Shown: one piece after another, positions 58,716 through 64,000 of the stretch
Position numbering within the stretch: the stretch's first letter is position 1
Layout: each line of letters begins with the position of its first letter
DNA from: Verrucomicrobiota bacterium
GTDB lineage: Bacteria > Chlamydiota > Chlamydiia > Chlamydiales > SM23-39
DNA: 64,000 bases
Direction: 5' to 3'
Assembly (NCBI GenBank): GCA_018968815.1
Contig: JAGWZL010000005.1
Span: forward strand, 323-64,322
Position numbers and translations under genes: made by a program
Notes under the pieces: model-generated
Told to the model about the DNA's origin: nothing
Databases searched by the model: none
What the model saw: the letters and a program-made list of their open reading frames with translations, nothing else

Positions 58716-60281
58716 CTACGGAAACGACGCAGTGGCACTGGCGCTTTGCATGAGATTGAAATCGAAAGCTGTCACTGTATAGGTGACGGAGCCATTTTGC
58801 ACCGTATTATGCTCAACATACGTCAATGTGCTTGCAGCGACGGTTCCAATGAGTTCGTCATTTCGGAAAATGGCGTATCCGATCACACTGGCATCAGAGC
58901 TTGCGCTCCAAGTGAGGGTATTATAATAATCGGTGAAGACCCCATAACTGGTCGAGGTTTGCTGGACTGAGAGGCTTGTGGGAGGAGCAAGAGTTGAGCG
59001 GGAACCCACAGAGGCTTGCAAGACATTGTATCCAGAATTCGAATCGATCCAAGAACACGCAGCATAGAGGTGATTGGTCGCGTAGGTGGAGGCGATGCGC
59101 GGCGCGGTGTTATTCGAGCTGGAGGAAATCGTCGTTGCTTGCGTCCAAAACAGATTGGGCAGGATCCCGTTGATCGTGGCTTCCGCGCCTTGGATCAGAA
59201 CATGGGTTCCATCGAACTGCATATAGGCAACCACTGCATCGTTTAAACTATTGAGAGAAGCGTCTACCCCAAAGCTATAATTCGATTGTGTGAGGGAGAT
59301 TCCAGGAGTGGTCCAATTTTGCCCTAAACTTTTGAACGCAGTCTCGACAACAAAGCTCGAATCGTCGTAGCTGATGCTCCAAATGGCAAGGGCATTCCCA
59401 AAAGAATCGTGAACGACGCGCGCTGTGAAATTGGCGGGATTGCCGATGCCGACATCGGACAGATAGGTGGGAGTAGTAGACCAAGCGGTCGCACCGTTTG
59501 GCAGCGAAGAGGAGTTAATGACAACAGCAATATCATCACTCCCATTCACTTGATAGCGATACCAAATGGCCTCTGCATTTCCATTGAGATCGACTGAAAC
59601 GCTGGGATAATTGTGCACATAGGCAGGAGAAGCGCTCACAAGAGACACCGCTGTATTCCAAGAACCGCTGACTGTCGCTGTAGTCGCCATGATCACATCG
59701 CCCGATCCGCCGCTCGTATGCCAAATGGCGCATACAGTTCCATTCGCGCCTATAGCGACTGCCGGATGATCTGAGCTGCTTGCGGAAAGAGTGTTGACAG
59801 ATCCCCACGAGTCCCCGCTGAGTTTTGTAGCCGATTCAACCACTCCATTTCTCACCCAAACAGCGACCATATCGCCATTGGAGCGTACTGCAATGCTCGG
59901 ACTTTGAATGGTGCCTGATGAAGAAAGCGTGGTTGCGCCGCTCCAGCTGCCCCCTGAATAAGTGCTCGCTTGCACCACACTCCCTGTGGACCAGACGGCG
60001 GTGACTTTGCCGCTCGAATCGACGCCTGCAGAGGGACCCGATGCTCCCGAGCCAGACAAGGTTGTGGCGCCGCTCCAGCTCCCATTCAACGGGCACACTT
60101 GCGCTTTGACCACACCTGCTTCCACATATACAACGGTCGCGTTGCCGCTGGAGTCCATGACGATTCTATGATCGGTGACATTCGCAGAGGCTGAAGAGAG
60201 TGTCGTTGGAGTATTCCAGCTGATTGTAGCATGCAACTGCATCAGAATGAAAAGAGAGAAAATCAGCTGCTTCATATCCAC
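58716..60281 (-). CDS. Secreted protein with eight ~45-aa beta-rich repeats and FN3-like C-terminal domain
   Basis: Signal peptide followed by repeats of the pattern (S/N)W(s/n)xxxxLS...(v/i)A.d..Gna.a(v/i)W. The C-terminus ...PPTSLSVQQ...YNTLTWSAS...GYAIFRNDELIGTV...YTVTAFD is FN3-like. Confidence 0.65.
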   Translation of the reverse strand: MDMKQLIFSLFILMQLHATISWNTPTTLSSASANVTDHRIVMDSSGNATVVYVEAGVVKAQVCPLNGSWSGATTLSGSGASGPSAGVDSSGKVTAVWSTGSVVQASTYSGGSWSGATTLSSSGTIQSPSIAVRSNGDMVAVWVRNGVVESATKLSGDSWGSVNTLSASSSDHPAVAIGANGTVCAIWHTSGGSGDVIMATTATVSGSWNTAVSLVSASPAYVHNYPSVSVDLNGNAEAIWYRYQVNGSDDIAVVINSSSLPNGATAWSTTPTYLSDVGIGNPANFTARVVHDSFGNALAIWSISYDDSSFVVETAFKSLGQNWTTPGISLTQSNYSFGVDASLNSLNDAVVAYMQFDGTHVLIQGAEATINGILPNLFWTQATTISSSSNNTAPRIASTYATNHLYAACSWIDSNSGYNVLQASVGSRSTLAPPTSLSVQQTSTSYGVFTDYYNTLTWSASSDASVIGYAIFRNDELIGTVAASTLTYVEHNTVQNGSVTYTVTAFDFNLMQSASATASFP

Positions 60282-60352
60282 CTTCCTTGGCTTATAAGGA
60301 TAAGGGGGAAATCTTAAAGAAGTCCGATTTTTGTGTAAATCTTTTTTATAAC

Positions 60353-61756
60353 CTAGGTTGAAATGGTGTTTTGCCGAGCGTCTCTGATGAGATCGCGCAG
60401 CTCTGCCTGGAATGTGGGCGATGGAGTTTGCAGGCCGAACGAGTAGAGATCGTCGACGTAATTTGGATCGTTGCGGTATTTCCAGTTGTTCACCACAAAT
60501 TCTTCCATCGAGGCTTTCGACATTCTCTTGGTGCCAGAACTCTTGCAGCGATTGAGATATTCCAGATCGCTATGGAAATAGAGCGAACCGGTTTGATCCG
60601 CTTGTGATTTGAGGTCATTCGCGTCAGGCACTGGTTGGAGCCAGTTCAGGCTCGGAGTTTTCCACTTCTCATCGCTAATATTGCGCGTCTTTTTGAAAAT
60701 GCTCATGCGCGCGTTGGTGACTGCTTGCGCTTTTTCGCTTAAGAGCTGATCGGTGATCTGATCTGTATCTTCCCAGAACGCAACGGCGGTGTAGGTGGCC
60801 AGAAGATCCATCTCCGCCAACTGTTTTTTGATTTTTTCTAAGACTTCGATTTCTTTTTTCCAATCTTGGGTGGAGTCGCTCTGTTTCTCTGCAATTTTTG
60901 CCTCGATTTTTTCTTTCATTGCCTGAACGAAGCTGCTCGTTTTGCGGATCTTGCCTTCGGCCTCCCCTCGAAGTTCAGGGGGGAGCTCTTCGGTGAGATC
61001 TTTGAAATGATTGGTGCGCATCAGACTGTCGTTGAAAAATTCCTCATCCGTTTTCGGGATATACCGTTCCCAGTGATCATTTTTCAGTTTAAAAGGAACC
61101 TCTCCGTGGATGGGGCGGTTGGAATCAAAATCAAGACGAGTATGCCAGCTCTGCAGACCGAGGAGCTCCATCGCTTTGTCGTGCGTCTGATCCCAAACAT
61201 GTAAAAACTCCAAAATCTCTTTGACCTCTTCAGGGAGATTGTCTTTCAGGATCGCCTCCGTTTTCCCGTTTTCCAAAAAGCGGAGTGTGTCGTCAGAAAA
61301 ATCCATCTGGAAGTGCGAGGCATTCGGATGCTGTTTTTTGATAATCTCTTCAATCTTCTTCTTGAAATCATCATGCCCGAATTTCGGGATGTGATTGACG
61401 GAAATCACTTGGTTGCCAATTCCTACCTCAATGTCCTTCGCTTTGACGGTCCGGTCCCATTTGCGAATGATCTTGAGTCCAAGCTCCCAAACTTTCTTGG
61501 TCGCTTCTTGCCACTCCTGGTCTTTCTGTCCAACACGCGACTTGATGCGTCTCCCGTTCACTGTCGCATATACCTGCAGCGAATTGGGGAGCTCTTTATC
61601 CTCGTCAGCGGTCAATACGGCGTGAGGCACGATGGTGCGCCTCAGTTCGGCCCACGTCTGACCTTGACTCGGAGTCGCCTGAATCGCGACACAATTGTCC
61701 TGGATCCGGGCAGGGGTTGCTGCCAAGGCAAGCTCTGCTGGTTGTCTAATCGTCAT
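60353..61756 (-). CDS. Hypothetical 467-aa protein, no signal peptide, central coiled coil
   Basis: The ORF is long, well supported, and has ordinary composition. ...KIRKTSSFVQAMKEKIEAKIAEKQSDSTQDWKKEIEVLEKIKKQLAEMDL... is present. I recognised no catalytic motif. Confidence 0.6.
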   Translation of the reverse strand: MTIRQPAELALAATPARIQDNCVAIQATPSQGQTWAELRRTIVPHAVLTADEDKELPNSLQVYATVNGRRIKSRVGQKDQEWQEATKKVWELGLKIIRKWDRTVKAKDIEVGIGNQVISVNHIPKFGHDDFKKKIEEIIKKQHPNASHFQMDFSDDTLRFLENGKTEAILKDNLPEEVKEILEFLHVWDQTHDKAMELLGLQSWHTRLDFDSNRPIHGEVPFKLKNDHWERYIPKTDEEFFNDSLMRTNHFKDLTEELPPELRGEAEGKIRKTSSFVQAMKEKIEAKIAEKQSDSTQDWKKEIEVLEKIKKQLAEMDLLATYTAVAFWEDTDQITDQLLSEKAQAVTNARMSIFKKTRNISDEKWKTPSLNWLQPVPDANDLKSQADQTGSLYFHSDLEYLNRCKSSGTKRMSKASMEEFVVNNWKYRNDPNYVDDLYSFGLQTPSPTFQAELRDLIRDARQNTIST

Positions 61757-61916
61757 AAATGATTTCCAATTTATATCTAATTATACCATTTTCCTGGACC
61801 TTTTTCAATAAAACACTATTAATAGGATATATTTAAAAAGTATAAACAATTACTTTAATCTCAATTAATTTATACATGTTAAAGTAGATGAAAAGGTGAA
61901 ATAGGGTACTTACAAG
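61757..61916. promoter_or_regulatory. AT-rich divergent intergenic (shared promoter region candidate)
   Basis: A 160-nt stretch much more AT-rich than its surroundings lies between divergent ORF starts at 61756 and 61917. I did not assign a specific -35/-10. Confidence 0.3.
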
Positions 61917-62255
61917 ATGAATATCAGAGAAATCATTCGCAAAGCCAGGCAGATCGCCAAGACGCCCGACGAGGTCTTGTTATCTGAGCGGTTTGAAGAG
62001 TATTTGGATCTTTTGGACATGCGTACCCAAGTCACTCAGTCAGAACAGGATGAGTTAAACTTAAGAATCGAGAGGTCGTTACAGGCCTTGAGAGAGGTGT
62101 CTCGGAGAGTGGCTCAATTGCATGGCATGGATCCGTCCGTATTTACGCAGTTTGCAGATGTCCCGAATATTGGGATGGGGACTGGATCGAATCCCGCTCA
62201 CGGTCCAATGCCGATGAAAACAAAGAAACAGAAAAAAGAAAGGGTAAGGGTATAA
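61917..62255 (+). CDS. Small hypothetical protein, helical N-terminus, basic C-terminal tail
   Basis: 112 aa ending ...KTKKQKKERVRV. It is the first gene of a coupled operon. Confidence 0.5.
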   Translation: MNIREIIRKARQIAKTPDEVLLSERFEEYLDLLDMRTQVTQSEQDELNLRIERSLQALREVSRRVAQLHGMDPSVFTQFADVPNIGMGTGSNPAHGPMPMKTKKQKKERVRV

Positions 62256-62259
62256 GCTT

Positions 62260-63102
62260 ATGAGTACTAGTTTCCAGCAAATGTATGAAAAGTGGGTTGA
62301 AGATAATGCGGCCTTTTTAGCGCAAGCCCAGGAAGTGCAAAATGGCGTTGCGCAGATCTATGGCAACGGCTCTCCGAGCAACCCGGGGGATTTGGCGGCT
62401 TTCAAGGCCAAATTGGATAAGATGGATGTCAGCGCAAGTTATGCGTTGATGCTTCTCTTTTATATTTTGGGAGCATCGAGTCAAAATTCCACCCTTTTGG
62501 GATATTATACGGATAAGAGTGGACTGACAGGCGAGCGACTGAAATTAAACGGCCTTTTGACCAAGGTGGACAACGATCTCAATAATATGGCGCAGTCCAA
62601 TAGCTCACACTCATCTGACATGGTGCTGTTCTGTCAGGCTACGGACACTGTTTTAAACGAGTTGAACGGCGGCGATCCGAACTTGAATCCGAATGCAGCC
62701 TATCCTTCGATGGACCCGGAGGCGCAATTATCCGTGTACAACCAACTGCTTCAAATCCGACAATTGTTCTATTTGGGTAATGACGCCCCGTACGATCCAA
62801 CTGGAGACTCCTATTATTTTGCGCCCAATGGAACAGGGACGAAGCATATCAATACATTTCAGGAGTTCGAAGAACTTTTGAAACAGCAGGGGGACCCACA
62901 AGGCGCGAGCTCTGCGGCGAAGGCCTTAACCGACGATTTTGGCATCAACACGCAGACCACGCAAACAGCGAGTGCGGTGTTGAATAACGACCAAAAGACC
63001 TATACCAGTATGGAGCAGGCGACTCAGTCCTTCATTGCTGCGATTGCGCAGTGGTGGAATACGCTGGCAAAACAAGCAAACAGCCATATGACGAGCTCGT
63101 AA
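62260..63102 (+). CDS. Hypothetical Ala/Gln/Asn/Ser/Thr-rich protein with one hydrophobic segment
   Basis: 280 aa starting 4 nt after the upstream stop. The hydrophobic segment is ASYALMLLFYILGASS. Confidence 0.55.
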   Translation: MSTSFQQMYEKWVEDNAAFLAQAQEVQNGVAQIYGNGSPSNPGDLAAFKAKLDKMDVSASYALMLLFYILGASSQNSTLLGYYTDKSGLTGERLKLNGLLTKVDNDLNNMAQSNSSHSSDMVLFCQATDTVLNELNGGDPNLNPNAAYPSMDPEAQLSVYNQLLQIRQLFYLGNDAPYDPTGDSYYFAPNGTGTKHINTFQEFEELLKQQGDPQGASSAAKALTDDFGINTQTTQTASAVLNNDQKTYTSMEQATQSFIAAIAQWWNTLAKQANSHMTSS

Positions 63103-63104
63103 CC

Positions 63105-63521
63105 ATGGGAATTTGTTTAGCGTCTGTATATGAAGGGATTGCGGAGCAGGTCGATGCAAATAATAGCGTGACGATCTCGCTGGCCTATTTTGCGATCAAC
63201 TATGTGCCGATTTATTTGGCCAAGAGAACGGCTGGATTGAATGCCATTGAGTACGACGTGCAGCAATATTTGTTGGCTGCGCTGGATTATCAGGATCCAC
63301 ACGCGTCGGCTGAAGAGGCTGAATGGAACGAGCAAAAGAACATTGATACGAGCAAAATGGATACCGGGACAAGCGCCATCAATGCTTTGATTGAAAACGT
63401 GAAGAGCGAAGCTCAGGCCAATGAGGTGGATTTGCAAAATGCGATCGCCTCACAAGATCCGATTAACAATTTATTAAAAAGTGTTTTGCATTTGCTTGCA
63501 AAAATAGGTGGTGGGTCATGA
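63105..63521 (+). CDS. Hypothetical protein with one hydrophobic segment
   Basis: I chose the start at MGICLASVYEGIAEQV, 2 nt after the upstream stop; the ORF opens at 63051. The hydrophobic segment is ISLAYFAINYVPIYLA. Confidence 0.5.
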   Translation: MGICLASVYEGIAEQVDANNSVTISLAYFAINYVPIYLAKRTAGLNAIEYDVQQYLLAALDYQDPHASAEEAEWNEQKNIDTSKMDTGTSAINALIENVKSEAQANEVDLQNAIASQDPINNLLKSVLHLLAKIGGGS

Positions 63522-64000
63522 CGTTAGGTGGAATGTTTGAAATTATGCGCGATGTAGATAGCTGTTTATTGGGCAGTATCTATCAAGTCGTGACGGATGC
63601 TGGATGGACCAACATTTGGGCTCAGAGTGTCGCGGACAAAACGAACCTGTGGCTCAACGTGGTCAATACAAATATTCCTTTTTCTGCGCTCAGCGGGGAT
63701 ACTCATGCGTCGCAGTATGCGAGTTGGATCGCTCAATATGCGACATCGGGCTCCATTAATCTATGGTCGACGGCTGCGGTGCTCAAATTACAAGGGATGA
63801 TCGCGAGTCACTACAATAGTCAGAATTGGGGAGCGGTTCTTGCTGCAGCGGGATCGTTAGCGGGTTTAGTTTCTGCCGCAATGAATCAAGATACAACGAC
63901 GGGATCGACCGAATCGAAAAACATGTCGAGCCAGTTGTCAACGGACAATTCGGCTTTGCAGCCGATTTCCGACTTTGGTTCGGCATTTACGCAAATGTTA
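63518..64000 (+). CDS. Hypothetical protein, 3'-truncated by window edge
   Basis: It is not in the ORF track. The ATG at 63518 forms an ATGA overlap with the upstream stop, and the frame is open for 161 codons to the window end (MTLGGMFEIMRDVDS...NWGAVLAAAGSLAGLVSAAM...). Confidence 0.55.
   Translation, partial: MTLGGMFEIMRDVDSCLLGSIYQVVTDAGWTNIWAQSVADKTNLWLNVVNTNIPFSALSGDTHASQYASWIAQYATSGSINLWSTAAVLKLQGMIASHYNSQNWGAVLAAAGSLAGLVSAAMNQDTTTGSTESKNMSSQLSTDNSALQPISDFGSAFTQML

Noticed and set aside
58168-58753. Plus-strand ORFs (175 and 167 aa) across the collagen repeat, one of which also reads as Gly-Pro-Val triplets
   Set aside because: They are confined to the repeat and lack a signal peptide, an RBS and flanking domains. 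The minus-strand ORF has a signal peptide, an RBS and a C-terminal globular domain. The open antisense frame is a by-product of the GGN/CCN repeat composition.

Overview
This 64-kb window appears to come from a Chlamydiae-type genome of roughly 50% GC (estimated by eye). I inferred the lineage from gene order and motifs, without a database search. Product calls rest on motifs I recognise from memory, so domain-level calls for non-housekeeping genes need HMM or structure confirmation.

Backbone, left to right:
- dnaE, a C39-like protein, a BamD-like TPR protein, a lipoprotein, rsbW, a hypothetical, and a D-Ala-D-Ala carboxypeptidase.
- rsmA, a SurA-like protein and an RsmB-like protein on the minus strand.
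- DoxX, lnt, lpxC, fabZ, lpxA and fmt.
- The chlamydial-style ribosomal superoperon rplC to rplQ with secY and rpoA. It contains no rpsJ, rpsN, rpmD, infA, rpmJ, rpsD, adk or map.
- gap, a charged-repeat protein, and tRNA-Leu(UAA).

Accessory content:
1. Three membrane-anchored, eukaryote-like glycosyltransferases (two GT90/CAP10 paralogs and one GT10) sit at the left edge.
2. Two tandem Inc-like paralogs with bilobed hydrophobic domains occupy the fmt-rplC gap.
3. A decayed ~2-kb islet follows tRNA-Leu. It is bounded by a 15-nt copy of the tRNA 3' end and also contains two degenerate ~150-bp scar units.
4. A tightly coupled glycan or lipid-modification cluster spans 42.4-49.1 kb. It includes an ArnC-like GT2, a GT-C membrane transferase, two methyltransferases, an HpcH-like aldolase and a dehydrogenase.
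5. An RND efflux operon and an Ntn-hydrolase follow.
6. From an IS5-family transposase fragment at 56 kb to the window end there is a block of divergent operons with no assignable function.

The minus-strand operon in that last block encodes an 8-repeat/FN3 protein, a BclA-like collagen-repeat protein with a 27-bp x9 tandem array, and a Cys-rich beta-barrel. I rank it as the best candidate for an undescribed surface-fibre system. The translationally coupled plus-strand operon at 61.9 kb onward ranks next. I saw no rRNA gene, CRISPR array, intact transposase or integrase.
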